The notes: generated by a model from the letters alone, not told the origin. Positions 1 to 10,777 are shown, counted from the first letter of the stretch. The stretch: 64,000 nucleotides of DNA from Candidatus Bathyarchaeota archaeon (GCA_963827165.1 CAWGZR010000010.1:96001-160000), one strand, 5' to 3'. Made by a program: numbers and translations.

Positions 1-12
1 CTGTTTTAGGGG

Positions 13-54
13 CTTCTAAGCTGAAAGTCGTGGGTTCAAATCCCACCGGACCCG
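13..54 (+). tRNA. 3' part of a tRNA gene, probably tRNA-Arg(TCT); 5' part lies outside the window or beyond an intron
   Basis: T-arm GTGGG-TTCAAAT-CCCAC (30-46), variable loop AAGTC, acceptor 3' strand CGGACCC plus discriminator G, and anticodon-like loop CT-TCT-AA (13-19). A T-rich tract follows. Bases 8-12 do not pair with the 3' anticodon-stem strand. Confidence 0.8.
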
Positions 55-500
55 CTCTCTTTTTAATAACTCGACTTGAATTGAGCTTATTTGGTTTTTT
101 AGAGCGTTAGGAAATCTCTAAGGTTCTTAGCAAATTTTCACAGATTATTCAAGAACCCTGCATGGCTAAGCAGTGTAAGTTCATCTGATAAAGACTTAAC
201 TTTCTTTTTGATTTAATGTTTCAGGAAATAACTATAGTTTGGATTGAAATTGTAGGGAGAACAAAGATATTCTATTTCTTTTGAGCAAGTCACTTATTTC
301 TGACTCCGTTTACAGATTCAACGATATTTTGGGCTTAAAAAGGCTTTCAATGGCGTAAGAATCTATTTAGTTGAGAACTAAAAGTTTTTACTTTTAGACA
401 AATCAGAAGTAAATAAATGAAGCTTTCAGAAAGTGAAAAAACTTACACAAATCATAAACCAGAACAAGATAATATTGTACCTGTGGAATCTATGAGATGC

Positions 501-2231
501 ATGGGAAAGTCGCTGCTGACTGTTCTTTTGATTATAATTATGATTAGTGGATTAGCTTTTGTTACTTTGCATTTTGGCAAAGGTCAAAGTGGTACTTCCG
601 GAGATTGGATAATGTTCCACACAGACCCAACTCACAGTGGTGAGGGAACTGGTAATGCAGTGCTCACACCTGCTTTGCTTTGGAATTATTCTGCGGGAGG
701 CGAAGCTTATTCGTCTCCGGCTGTTTCTAACGGTATAGTCTACATAGGAACTTCTCAGTACGTGGGTCCAAATAACCAGCCCCCGATGCCAAATGTCGGC
801 AATCTTTATGCCTTTAACGCCATTAACGGTGAAAAAGTTTGGAATCAAACTACTGGTGTCCTTACGTATTCGTCACCTGCCGTCGTTAACGGCGTAGTCT
901 ACATAGGCTCCGAAGATGGCAACATTTATGCTTATAATGCTATCAATGGTGACCAAATCTGGAATTGCACCACGCCACCAATCCCCGGAATAGAAGGCAG
1001 CAATATGATTTCTTCGTCTCCAACTGTCGTTGGCGGTATAGTCTATATAGGCTCCTCTGATGACAAGGTTTTTGCGTTGAATGCAACGAACGGTACGGAG
1101 CTTTGGGTTTACACTACTAACGGTTCTGTTCTATCTTCGCCGGCTGTGGTTAATGGCGTAGTCTACGTAGGTTCTGACGATGGCAATGTTTATGCTTTGA
1201 ATGCAGCAAACGGTGACAAACTCTGGAATTACACCACTCCTGATTACCCAATACTTTCCCATGGTAACTATATCAATTCATCTCCAGCGGTTGCAAATGG
1301 ACTAGTTTATGTTGACTCTTATGACGATGAAGTATTTGCTTTGAATGCTAATAACGGTAATCAAGTCTGGAATTACACAACTGGCAGCGAGGTCGGTTCT
1401 TCACCAGCAGTCGCCAATGGTATCATCTATGTAGGCTCATACGATGGCAACCTTTATGCTTTGGACGCCGAAAACGGCAGTAAAGTCTGGAACTTCAACA
1501 TCGCATCTACAGGACAGATTGGTTGGTCATCACCCGCAATTGTGGACGGAGTAGTCTACGTAGGATTCAGTTTTAATGCAAGCCCGCAAACCGTAAATGG
1601 CAGCATTTGTGCTTTGGATGCTTATAGTGGAGCAGAACTTTGGAATTACACCACTAACAGCATTATTGATTCGTCTCCGTCAATAGTTGATGGCGTCTTA
1701 TATGTCGGGTCGGATGATGGCGCAGTTTATGCGTTGGGTTCACCTACGCCATCGCCTTCTCCAACTCCAGCTCAAACACCAACCCCAACACCTACATCGA
1801 CGTCAGTCCTCACATCTACTCCCACGCCCACACCAACCGCAACTCCAATACCAACTTTAATGCAGAGCCCAACTCCAACAGGTTCTCCATTCCCTACGCC
1901 AGGGTCTACAACGACTCCCACACTCGCACCTACTTCAGCATCGACAATAACTTCAACCACTCCATCCTCAACATCTTCCACTGCTCAAACTTTGACAACT
2001 ACCCCGACTTTATTCCCAACGCTTTCGCCAATTTCACAATTTATTAACTATAGTTTGGTATTTATGATCGCAATTATCGGGATTTTTTTGGGACCATTAG
2101 CAGTAGTAATTAAATGGCAAAAAAACAAAGGGGAAAACAAAAAGCAAAGCACACAAACTAGACAAACAGAAAAAGAAGAGCGAGAACAAACAGAACGAAA
2201 ACAACAAGAGCATTCAGATAAAAAGCCTTGA
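501..2231 (+). CDS. PQQ-like (BamB-type) beta-propeller repeat surface protein with Pro/Thr linker and C-terminal membrane anchor
   Basis: Repeated SSPAVxNGxVYxGSxDGxxYALNAxxGxxxWxY units, N-terminal hydrophobic segment, PT-rich stalk, then TM and charged tail. ORF opens at 417; ATG 492 or 501 fits the signal segment better. Confidence 0.88.
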   Translation: MGKSLLTVLLIIIMISGLAFVTLHFGKGQSGTSGDWIMFHTDPTHSGEGTGNAVLTPALLWNYSAGGEAYSSPAVSNGIVYIGTSQYVGPNNQPPMPNVGNLYAFNAINGEKVWNQTTGVLTYSSPAVVNGVVYIGSEDGNIYAYNAINGDQIWNCTTPPIPGIEGSNMISSSPTVVGGIVYIGSSDDKVFALNATNGTELWVYTTNGSVLSSPAVVNGVVYVGSDDGNVYALNAANGDKLWNYTTPDYPILSHGNYINSSPAVANGLVYVDSYDDEVFALNANNGNQVWNYTTGSEVGSSPAVANGIIYVGSYDGNLYALDAENGSKVWNFNIASTGQIGWSSPAIVDGVVYVGFSFNASPQTVNGSICALDAYSGAELWNYTTNSIIDSSPSIVDGVLYVGSDDGAVYALGSPTPSPSPTPAQTPTPTPTSTSVLTSTPTPTPTATPIPTLMQSPTPTGSPFPTPGSTTTPTLAPTSASTITSTTPSSTSSTAQTLTTTPTLFPTLSPISQFINYSLVFMIAIIGIFLGPLAVVIKWQKNKGENKKQSTQTRQTEKEEREQTERKQQEHSDKKP

Positions 2232-2289
2232 TTCACGAAATTGGACTAATAATACGGTTGCTGTTCATCAATATGGAATAAGTAGCTTC

Positions 2290-2645
2290 TCAAGCGAAAC
2301 AAGTGGTTATGATAGTACAGAGTCGCAGTACCGATTCAGCAGCATCGAAGTTCGGCTTGGTGCATCGGGAAACGCTCAAATTGATTATCAAATTCAAGCG
2401 AGTTATGGGTATCTTACCATTACTTATGCAATTAGCCACCGAAACATCTTCTGACCCCAATCTTACGCACAGGCAATAGAAGTCAATACAAGCGATTGGA
2501 GCATAATCAGACAATAACTGTTGCAAGTGCAAATCCCTCAACATAGCCCTACCGTTCCAGAGTAATCTTAGCTCGGATGATTCTGCCTTTGCTTCTTTCA
2601 TTATTCTCTGTCGCAGTAAAACTTGGGCATTGAAAAACCGCTAAC
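2290..2645 (+). pseudogene. Decayed remnant of a secreted protein with a VPE-TM-basic C-terminal signal
   Basis: Fragments across frames and stops read GNAQIDYQIQASYGY, SDWS..QTITV, TVPE*, MILPLLLSLFSVAVKLGH*KTA. Confidence 0.5.
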
Positions 2646-2761
2646 CGAACAAAATAACCTGTACAAGTGTTCCAGCTTTGGAACGGTCAGTTGTGCAGGT
2701 GTTCCATGATTAGAACTAAAAGTTAGCTGGCACTTCATTTGTTTAAGGAAAGGAGCAAACG

Positions 2762-3361
2762 ATGAAGGTATCAGTTCACTTATCAGCGGTACTCGTAACG
2801 GTTGTAGCACTTTTAGCAACTGTTCTTGCAGGAACAGTGACTTATCACAACAGCGTATTGGAAAACAAAAACTCCAAAATCGCTTCCCTGAATACTAAAA
2901 TATCAAATCTAGCCAGTCAAGTAACAAACTTAACTGCAAAAACCAGCCAGATAAGAAACTTAACTTCAACAAATCTTGTGACAGCCATTGGGGTTGCGGA
3001 GGTCGTCAATACCTCAAGCGTATCGAGAGCTTACAATCGGCTTTACATTGAGGGTTCAGTTACCAATAATGGGTCAGGCTTTGCGTTTAATGTGGGATTA
3101 CAGGTTCTGGCGTGTGCTGCAGATTGAACCTTAGAAATTAACATGACTGTTCCTTTAACCTACGGAGAGTTTGGAACCAATGCCGCAATCTATTCTTACA
3201 TTTACAGCTTTGACCCATACTGCACATCTTCGCCACAATTCGGAAATCTATCCAGTGGACAATCCGCAGAGGTCAATCTGGATATTTACCATGACGGAAC
3301 AGTGACCAATTGGACAATAACATCTGTATGGACAAAACACAAAATAAACGATTCAAATTAG
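2762..3361 (+). pseudogene. Secreted/membrane-anchored hypothetical protein interrupted by an in-frame TGA
   Basis: ORFs 2762-3127 and 3143-3361 are in the same frame and read ACAAD*TLEINMTVPL across TGA 3125-3127. N-terminal TM, coiled coil, then beta-rich domain. Confidence 0.7.
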
Positions 3362-3762
3362 GTCCATAAATTTCGCCTTAGTCTTTTCTTGCCAAGTTTA
3401 ATGTGCAGCCTACAAAAATTATGAGGACTGCCGCGCTACCGAGAAATGGCTGTAGACATTGTGAATAATACCCTTGTTGCCACAATGTGACTATGATACC
3501 ATAAAACACTGTAAAAAGAACCGCCAACATTATAGCAGAACTGATAAAGGCAAGCAAATATTGTGCTCGCTGGATAATCAAGCAGTGGACACCTAAGTTA
3601 ACCAAGTATTTTCAGCAGATAAAAGGTTTTCTTCATATTTGAATTTGCTAGGTTTTCCATGAAGACAAATCTTAAATTTAATGGGATAGCGTCTGCTGGA
3701 TATTTTTGGTCCACAGCAAATTATTGTGGAAAGAGTTATATTTTTGGTTTGGTTAAGATAAA

Positions 3763-4061
3763 ATGGTGATTGTTTTAGTTAGTTTTGATAAACTTTCTGG
3801 GATGTTTGTTATTTGTGCAGGCGGTTTCGACCTCGGAGAGATTAATGGGATAGACTTGGACACTAACAATTGGCAAGTTATCAATTTGCATGTTAAGCTG
3901 TCCAAAGCAGCATCTGAAGATCTTGGATTCAAAAAAAGATTTAGAAGCTCAACCGTATGTGTTCCTATCTCGCTAATTTCTACATTGGTGACAATGTTTT
4001 GTTAAACAAGACTCTTGACGAATTAAGCAGGCACCCAGAAATTTCAGAGTGCATCACTTAA
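3763..4061 (+). CDS. PRC-barrel domain protein, apparent 1-nt deletion near 3983
   Basis: LGEINGIDLDTNNWQV...VPISLIS continues in another frame as IGDNVLLNKTLDEL...* (stop 4059-4061), the typical PRC-barrel end. Confidence 0.65.
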
Positions 4062-4326
4062 AAAAAAATAGTTCTTTCGGGAATTTTTCTTACAGTTTCT
4101 TCTGCCAAACATTTTCTTTTTTTACCGCAGGTTTTTCTTTTTCATAGGTCCATTATTTTTTGCTAGGAAAATTGCTAATGTGGCAAAAATTGAGGCTCCG
4201 AGATGAGCGATAAGTGAACAAGGAATGACACACAAAAGCATAAGTTCACTTTGATCTTCACTTTACTCCAACTTGAATGGATGATGCAAAACAGCATGTT
4301 TCCTAAAGTGCCTTGGAGTCATTGAT

Positions 4327-6045
4327 TTGGGTTTTATTGATTACGCTTGGTCGGTTTCCTTACAAAAAGATAACACCAAGGTTAAGATACTTCAGGACCC
4401 TAGCTTAGATCAACCCGTTTTACAAAGTGACGAAATTGGATACACCATTAAGCTTCCTCTCTTCCGTATTTTGGAAGACGGAAATGTTTCTTTTCTTGGG
4501 CACCAGTTTAAAGGAACCAACGAAGGCAAAGCAAGGGTGGGACGATTATTTCGAGCATCTGTTCTGCATCTAACAACACATACTTTGGAGCCTTTTCAAA
4601 AAGACAAAATTACGCCTAATGCATCAGATTCGATTGTTGCGGCGTTTGCAAAGTCGCTAGTTAATGACATTTACGTTAATGCTTACATTCAAGCCTGGTA
4701 TCCAGACAGGTTTTTTGACATTGCTTACGCAAATGCGTTGGCTTATCAGAAAATAAAGTCGTCCGGGAGAATTTTTACATCTTCGACAAGGCTTATGACG
4801 GCTTTATTGACTAAGCTTAATGTGGGATTAATCAAGAATTCTCCAGGTGTGGAGGAAGAGCAAATAGTTGATCAACTTTACAATGAGTTAACAGCTCTTA
4901 AAGACACTTTTTTGGGGTCGATGGCAGGCGAACAGATTAATCTGGAAGATTTGTTCGATGCTAAAGTGAAGGAAATAAAAGGTTTGCTCGAGCCTTTTGG
5001 TCCATTCCTGGAGTCTCCGTCGCTTAGGCACACTGAAAGTAACGGTCCCTGCAGTATCTACAGCGACGCGCAAACGACTGTTGAAGAAGATTTTGAAGGT
5101 CTATTTGTGCAATCTCTTATGACAATGGGCGGCACCGTACCTACCGTAGACAATATTGACCAATGTTGGAGACCTGAACAAGAAGTTGAATCCCTTCAAG
5201 CCTTTAACTCAGACAATTATCAAAAGTTGCGCGAAGAAAAGATTCTTGCCAAAATTTCGTCTTATGTGAGCTTAACTAGATTCAAAGGTGTTGACATTCC
5301 AGAGGAAGATTACACTCAGTATTTGAGAGCTAGGAACCTAGTTCAGGGAGCATCTCGGCGGCTTTTGGATATTCTCAGGTCGTCTTTTAATTATCTGGAT
5401 GAAGATCCGAGGCAAGAAATGGGTCAACTGGATTTGGCGGCAGTTATTCAATCGTTGGCAAGCAACAAGCCGGCGACAGATGTGTTTGTTTTGGATGAGT
5501 ACCTTAAGCCAAGCTTCGCTTGGTCACTTCTGTTTGACGTGAGTAACAGCATGCAAGTGAAAGGCGAGTATGGTCGGGCTTTGGCGATAGCTGTCGCTGA
5601 AGCTGCAAGAGAATTGATGACGGACCCGACTTCCTGGACCTTCTTCGCGTTCAACGACAAACTCCACATTTTAAAGGACAGCACGGAATCGTACTCGAAG
5701 CGGGTTAGAGCAAGAATTGGCGGCTTAAAATTCGAAGGACTAACATACATAGCCGACGCAGTTCAGATTGCTGGAAAAATGCTTGCTAAAAGATTCGAGG
5801 AACAACGTTGCCTCATAATCATCTCAGACGGCTGGCCATACGGATACGCGAATATGCCAATAGCTCTGAAGGAAAATGTGGATGATATGATGAGAAAAGG
5901 AGTTATCGTAATCGGAATAGGAGTGGAGACAGCCAGAATGGGCAATTTTTTCCAACTGCACACCTCAGTTTACACGCAAAAGGACCTCATCAACAAGTTC
6001 GGATCAACATACGCAAACGCTTCCCAAAAAGCGCTTGAAACGTAA
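4327..6045 (+). CDS. vWA-domain protein, NorD/CbbO-like AAA+ adaptor
   Basis: C-terminal vWA domain with MIDAS motif LLFDVSNSM, GLTY and IIISDGWP; GQLDL motif upstream. Confidence 0.8.
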   Translation: MGFIDYAWSVSLQKDNTKVKILQDPSLDQPVLQSDEIGYTIKLPLFRILEDGNVSFLGHQFKGTNEGKARVGRLFRASVLHLTTHTLEPFQKDKITPNASDSIVAAFAKSLVNDIYVNAYIQAWYPDRFFDIAYANALAYQKIKSSGRIFTSSTRLMTALLTKLNVGLIKNSPGVEEEQIVDQLYNELTALKDTFLGSMAGEQINLEDLFDAKVKEIKGLLEPFGPFLESPSLRHTESNGPCSIYSDAQTTVEEDFEGLFVQSLMTMGGTVPTVDNIDQCWRPEQEVESLQAFNSDNYQKLREEKILAKISSYVSLTRFKGVDIPEEDYTQYLRARNLVQGASRRLLDILRSSFNYLDEDPRQEMGQLDLAAVIQSLASNKPATDVFVLDEYLKPSFAWSLLFDVSNSMQVKGEYGRALAIAVAEAARELMTDPTSWTFFAFNDKLHILKDSTESYSKRVRARIGGLKFEGLTYIADAVQIAGKMLAKRFEEQRCLIIISDGWPYGYANMPIALKENVDDMMRKGVIVIGIGVETARMGNFFQLHTSVYTQKDLINKFGSTYANASQKALET

Positions 6046-6322
6046 AATTTCAATCGAGGTTTTTTTATGGTACTTTTTGAAGGTTTTTTTGGGCCAAAAA
6101 TTAATTGTCTTTGCCCTTTTTTGCGTTTGAATAATTGTTCCCAGAGAAGGTAAAGCGTATGCGGAAGTCATCGACAACTTGCGTCTATACGTGAGCTAGT
6201 TCGGGGGCATCCAAAATTTGAGAAGTTGAATACGGGAGTCAATGGCAAAAGACTTACCTTTTTGCTTTTAAGAAAATTTTAAAAGCTCTTGAACGCATAA
6301 GTGAGACGAGAGGGCGATTGGG

Positions 6323-7282
6323 TTGAGTGCACTTGAATTAGTGGCTATTGTTTTGCCAATAATCGTTATCATCATAGTTATTTATGCGCTTGTTTTGTCT
6401 ATTCGAATCGTCAGGCCTATCGACAAGGGTTTAGTGGAACGTTTTGGGAAGTACCACCGGTTTGTGGAGGGTGGAATAACTTTTCTTTTCCCCTTTATGG
6501 ATCGCATAATAAAAGTCAACATAACTGAACGTATGACGCCTGTTCAGCGCCAGGATGTCATCACCAAAGACAAGGTTTTCATGGGTGTGGATGCCGTGGT
6601 GTTCTACAAGATTAAGCCAGACGAAGTTTCTGTTAAGGCTTCCCAATACAACGTTGCAAACTTTTCTGCTCAAATTGACACTTTGGCTCGAACGGTTCTG
6701 AGGGATATCATAGGCGGGATGGACATGGCGATTGCGAACACTTCTAGGCCTATTATTAACAGCAGCCTCAAGATGGCTTTGGATCAGCAGACAGAGAAAT
6801 GGGGCATTGAAATCGTGAGGGCAGAAATCAAAGATTTGGAGCCGCCGAGAGAACTAATAATATCCATGGAGTCTGTGCTTAAAGCCGATAACGAAAGGCA
6901 AGCAGCTGAGAAAACAGCTATAGCTCAGGCCACTTTGGCGAGCGGAGAGAAAAACGCTGCGATCCAGGTTGCGGAGGGTCAAAAGCAGGCAGCTATCCTT
7001 CAATCTGAAGGTCAGAAGACAGCTACGATTACGATAGCTGAGGGCGATGCGCAGGCGACCAAGCTTAGGAATGAAGCGTTGACAACGTACTTCAAAGACA
7101 GCGCCGTCGTCTACAAGCAACTGGACACCATCGTGTCGTCATTGCAGAACAATACAAAGATTATTGTTCCCGAAGGCAAAGCCATATCGCTTATTCTTAA
7201 CGAACAGGAAAACCTGGCGAAAGCAACAATTATTCCGGTAACACTACCGCAACAGCAGAAAAACACGAAACAAACGTACTGA
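6323..7282 (+). CDS. SPFH/band 7 (paraslipin-type) membrane protein
   Basis: N-terminal TM, GLVERFGKY, QDVITKD, KWGIEIVRAEIKD, and AEGxKQAAIL repeats. Confidence 0.9.
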   Translation: MSALELVAIVLPIIVIIIVIYALVLSIRIVRPIDKGLVERFGKYHRFVEGGITFLFPFMDRIIKVNITERMTPVQRQDVITKDKVFMGVDAVVFYKIKPDEVSVKASQYNVANFSAQIDTLARTVLRDIIGGMDMAIANTSRPIINSSLKMALDQQTEKWGIEIVRAEIKDLEPPRELIISMESVLKADNERQAAEKTAIAQATLASGEKNAAIQVAEGQKQAAILQSEGQKTATITIAEGDAQATKLRNEALTTYFKDSAVVYKQLDTIVSSLQNNTKIIVPEGKAISLILNEQENLAKATIIPVTLPQQQKNTKQTY

Positions 7283-7435
7283 GTTTCCCGCCAATTTCTT
7301 AGGAAACATTATTTTTCTTTTTCTTAAAGAAAAGAATATTGTATTTCAAATTAGACTATTTCCGAAGAAACTCAATTAATCTCTGCAACTTTTGGAACAG
7401 CGGGTCAACTTCAATTTTCTGCGTTTTCAAAATTA

Positions 7436-7625
7436 AAAAAAAATAAAAAAAGGAAATGATTTTTTTGTTTAGGTTTTTTCAGCTTATGGATGCTTTCTTG
7501 TGACGAGCAATGCGAGAACTGCGCCGATAACGATTATGATAATAGCGATAGCAACGATTCCATATTCAACAGTGGAGTTAGATGCTAAGTTAGTGGCTGG
7601 AGTTGTAGTTGGAGCTGTTGATGCT
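7436..7625. repeat. Direct repeat copy 1 (190 bp): C-terminal anchor, 3'UTR and T-rich terminator of paralog A
   Basis: Ungapped match to 10588-10777; 9 mismatches by manual comparison. Confidence 0.92.
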
Positions 7626-10189
7626 GGTGGTGCTCCTGCGTAGAGGAATGTTGAGGCTGATGATGGGTAGTATCCGTGTGATCCTGCGAAAACTGCGTAG
7701 ACTGTATAGTTGCCCGTGATGTCTGGAGTCCATGTTAATCCCCAGTCGCCTAGTGCGTTAGATGTTGTCTGTCCGATTGAGCGGTAGTTGTTGTTGCTGT
7801 CTAAGACGTATATTGAGATTGGTACTCCGGTTGTGTTGCTTGGTAGTGGCTGCTGTTCATATGCTGCTTCCATCAAACCAGACATGCTAGGGTCAGAAAC
7901 GCATGGTAAGCCGTTGGGGAAGTTCTTTGCGACTGCTGATTGCGAAGCGCCTGGTGAAACGTCTGTAATGGTTCCTGTTATGGTTACTGGAGTCTTTGTT
8001 GTTGCGCCGATTGAAGGTGCGTTAATGGTTATTTTGCTTGGTCCTTGTGCGTATGCGTAGATTTGTCCGTCGTAGCTGTTGAATGTGGTCATTACGCCGT
8101 ATGCTACTGCAGTTGCCGTGTCATCAAAGCCTAGGTTGCTCCAGACTAGTTGACCAGTGTTGCCGTTCAATGCTACCTCTAAGGCTCCGTGTAACAACGG
8201 TGGGTTGTATTCGTGCCCTTCAGAAAGGTACAGGATTGTGTCTGCGCCTTGACCTGCTAAGGCTTCATCTGAGAAGACCCACAGTGGATAGGTTCCGTAT
8301 GGCGATTCTGTTCCAGCTGGTCCGTTAATCTGGTATGTGCTCCAAGACCACATGATAACGCCGTTGGTCATGTTGACCGCCCATACGTCGCCGCCTAAGC
8401 CCCAGATGTATAGGACGCCTGTTGTTGTATCTGGTGTTGTTGTTAAGCCATAAGAGTCGTATTGGTTTGGCATAAAGCCGTCAGACATTCGAACGTTAAG
8501 GTTTGTTGTCCAGAGTTGTGTGCCTGTAACCAGTGAGTACCCAGCGATCTCGTATGAGTCATAGTTTATTTCGCAGTACACTCCGTCGCATCCAGCTGGT
8601 GTGTTGCTGATTCTCGTGTAAGCCGGGTTGAATACGCCGCCAGTTCTGTTGGTTATCCACATCAGTTGTCCGTTAGCTGTGCTGAATCCTGCTTCAACTA
8701 GCCAACCTTGTTGCTCTTCGACTGAAGTTGTTCCTTGCTGCATTACCAGAGTGTTGCCAAACCAGTAAGTTGTTGCGACTAGTCCGCTGGTGCCGAGTCC
8801 TTGGACGACTACACCGTTTAGTACGGCGTTCTCTGAGACTGCCCATTGTAGTCCAGTGTTAAAGTCGAATACGGTGCCTGCAGGAAGTGTCCAGTCGAAT
8901 AAGCCGCCTAAAGCTGACATTGTGCCCGAATAAACTATCGCCTGTGTAAAGTTGTACATCTCCAGTACAGGTCCGTGAGTAACGGTGTTGAAAGTTTCAG
9001 CTTTGTATTGGACTTGACCAAGAGCGTTTATCGTAGGCTGTTGAACTGTCAATGTAGGATAAGTTGGTCCGAACGCAGATGAGTTGGTTGCTGCGATGTA
9101 TCCAATCAGGTTTCCGTTTGAGTCGGCACCGAACGCGGTCCACGCGGGAACGTTTTTAACGGTCGCGACTTGCTGACCTGTCAAGCCGTCATAAATAGTC
9201 CATGCGTTTGGACTGGAGAACAATCCGCCTCCATTTTGGGCGATAATGTATGGTCCGACACAGCCGTATTGGTCGATGGTTGGGAAGTTAAGTATCATGC
9301 CGCATCTCAACGTAAGTGTCGTGTTGATTATCCACATAGTCTGTCCAGTATACAAGTTGAACGCCATGATTCCTTGCGAGCTACCAGTTTGTGTTGTGTA
9401 CCAGGTTGAGTATTCTATACCGTCCATGATTATTGGTGCGTATTTGGGGTCGTACTGTGACGTTGTCCAGTAGCTACTGGATTGTTCGTTGTTGCCGTAT
9501 GGTCCGCCTGCGACTCCTCCGACACACCATGGTTTAGTCCATAGAATGTGTGAAGATGATGGCGCGACCGTGTACGGGTTGTAGTTGCTTGTTTCATTGT
9601 ATCCCCCTGTAGCGGCAAATGTGTTTGCTACATATCCCATCCATGGTCCGGAAATAGAAGACCAAAGTTGGACGTTTTCAGAGTTGACTGGTGCTTCCCA
9701 GTAGTTTGTTGGGAGGGGTGTATCTGCTAAACCGCCTCTCGGAGTTGATGTCACGATCAGAGTTGCTGGTTCACTTATGCTGGGCTCGTTGTAGTATTGT
9801 GAATCTGCGCCAGTGTATTGTTGTCCTGCATATTTCAATTGGAATGTGTAGTTGCCTACTGTAGTCGGTGTATAGGTTGTGAATGTGCCACCGGTTGTGT
9901 CAGTCGTGAATGTTCCTAGTGATGTCTGTGTTCCGCCTGGAGGGGTAACGTAAATTGTCATGCCTACAGCACGTTCACTGTCGAATAGTGGTACGGCTAG
10001 CCAGAAGTCAACTGTCACGGTTTGCCCGACACCGCATGGATTAGGTGCAACGTTGCAGAAAGCGATTGTTGGAACGTCTATGCTGCCCGCGGTTTGTGCA
10101 TGTGCTGCCATTGCGACTGCTCCGCCAATAACTGTTATCATAAGAACCGACATAATGATTGCTGCAATTTTATTTTTTATTGAGTTCAT
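7484..10189 (-). CDS. Large secreted PQQ-like beta-propeller surface protein, paralog A (901 aa)
   Basis: Signal peptide, Ig-like ends, xxTGxxxW propeller motifs, C-terminal TM plus RKHP. Confidence 0.85.
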   Translation of the reverse strand: MNSIKNKIAAIIMSVLMITVIGGAVAMAAHAQTAGSIDVPTIAFCNVAPNPCGVGQTVTVDFWLAVPLFDSERAVGMTIYVTPPGGTQTSLGTFTTDTTGGTFTTYTPTTVGNYTFQLKYAGQQYTGADSQYYNEPSISEPATLIVTSTPRGGLADTPLPTNYWEAPVNSENVQLWSSISGPWMGYVANTFAATGGYNETSNYNPYTVAPSSSHILWTKPWCVGGVAGGPYGNNEQSSSYWTTSQYDPKYAPIIMDGIEYSTWYTTQTGSSQGIMAFNLYTGQTMWIINTTLTLRCGMILNFPTIDQYGCVGPYIIAQNGGGLFSSPNAWTIYDGLTGQQVATVKNVPAWTAFGADSNGNLIGYIAATNSSAFGPTYPTLTVQQPTINALGQVQYKAETFNTVTHGPVLEMYNFTQAIVYSGTMSALGGLFDWTLPAGTVFDFNTGLQWAVSENAVLNGVVVQGLGTSGLVATTYWFGNTLVMQQGTTSVEEQQGWLVEAGFSTANGQLMWITNRTGGVFNPAYTRISNTPAGCDGVYCEINYDSYEIAGYSLVTGTQLWTTNLNVRMSDGFMPNQYDSYGLTTTPDTTTGVLYIWGLGGDVWAVNMTNGVIMWSWSTYQINGPAGTESPYGTYPLWVFSDEALAGQGADTILYLSEGHEYNPPLLHGALEVALNGNTGQLVWSNLGFDDTATAVAYGVMTTFNSYDGQIYAYAQGPSKITINAPSIGATTKTPVTITGTITDVSPGASQSAVAKNFPNGLPCVSDPSMSGLMEAAYEQQPLPSNTTGVPISIYVLDSNNNYRSIGQTTSNALGDWGLTWTPDITGNYTVYAVFAGSHGYYPSSASTFLYAGAPPASTAPTTTPATNLASNSTVEYGIVAIAIIIIVIGAVLALLVTRKHP

Positions 10190-10220
10190 TTTTTCTTTTC
10201 ATCCTTTTGTTTTAATTATG

Positions 10221-10250
10221 TTGAGCAAGTGATCTAATGTCATTACTCAA
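10221..10250 (-). promoter_or_regulatory. 5'UTR stem-loop of paralog A, downstream of a TATA box at about 10276-10284
   Basis: Minus strand TTGAGTAA-N14-TTGCTCAA; the same element precedes paralog B. Confidence 0.6.
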
Positions 10251-10587
10251 CGAGTCCTCTTGTGGGATCAATGACTATATAAAACTTATGCGGATGCATG
10301 TTTTGCGTCCGCTTTTTGAAGCATTCCCCCTCATTTTATTTCGCTTTTGCACCAAAAAACGTGGGAAAAAATTATTTTCATGAATAACCGTGAAATATTC
10401 TCACGTATAGTGTTCACTACATGAACTTGGTCTACCTTCTCTTTTGCGTTCCTTATCAAGCTGGTAATAGGGATCAACGCAGGTTTTTAACCAAAAAGAA
10501 ACATGTTGTTTCGAAATTGGCTTAACCCTAAGTTTAGACGAAAAGACATAATTGCCGGTAGGTTAAATGCTGCTTTCATAAGACTCG

Positions 10588-10777
10588 AAAAAAAATAAAA
10601 AAAGGAAATGATTTTTTTGTTTAGGTTTTTTCAACTTACGGATGCTTTCTTGTGACGAGCAATGCGAGAACTGCGCCGATAACGATTATGATGATAGCAA
10701 TAGCAACGATTCCATATTCAACTGTGCTATTAGATGCTAAGTTAGTGGCTGGAGTTGTAGTTGGCGCTGTTGATGCT
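10588..10777. repeat. Direct repeat copy 2 (190 bp)
   Basis: Matches 7436-7625 at an offset of 3152. Confidence 0.92.

Noticed and set aside
1736-2030. Tandem DNA repeat in the Pro/Thr stretch
   Set aside because: Low-complexity protein linker with varied codons, not a nucleotide repeat.
3125-3127. Selenocysteine or TGA recoding (also 54834-54836)
   Set aside because: The contexts suggest Gly and Trp rather than Cys, no archaeal SECIS is visible, and TGA ends many intact genes here.
3378-3605. Small membrane protein on the minus strand
   Set aside because: Hydrophobic, but the start is unclear and no motif supports a call.
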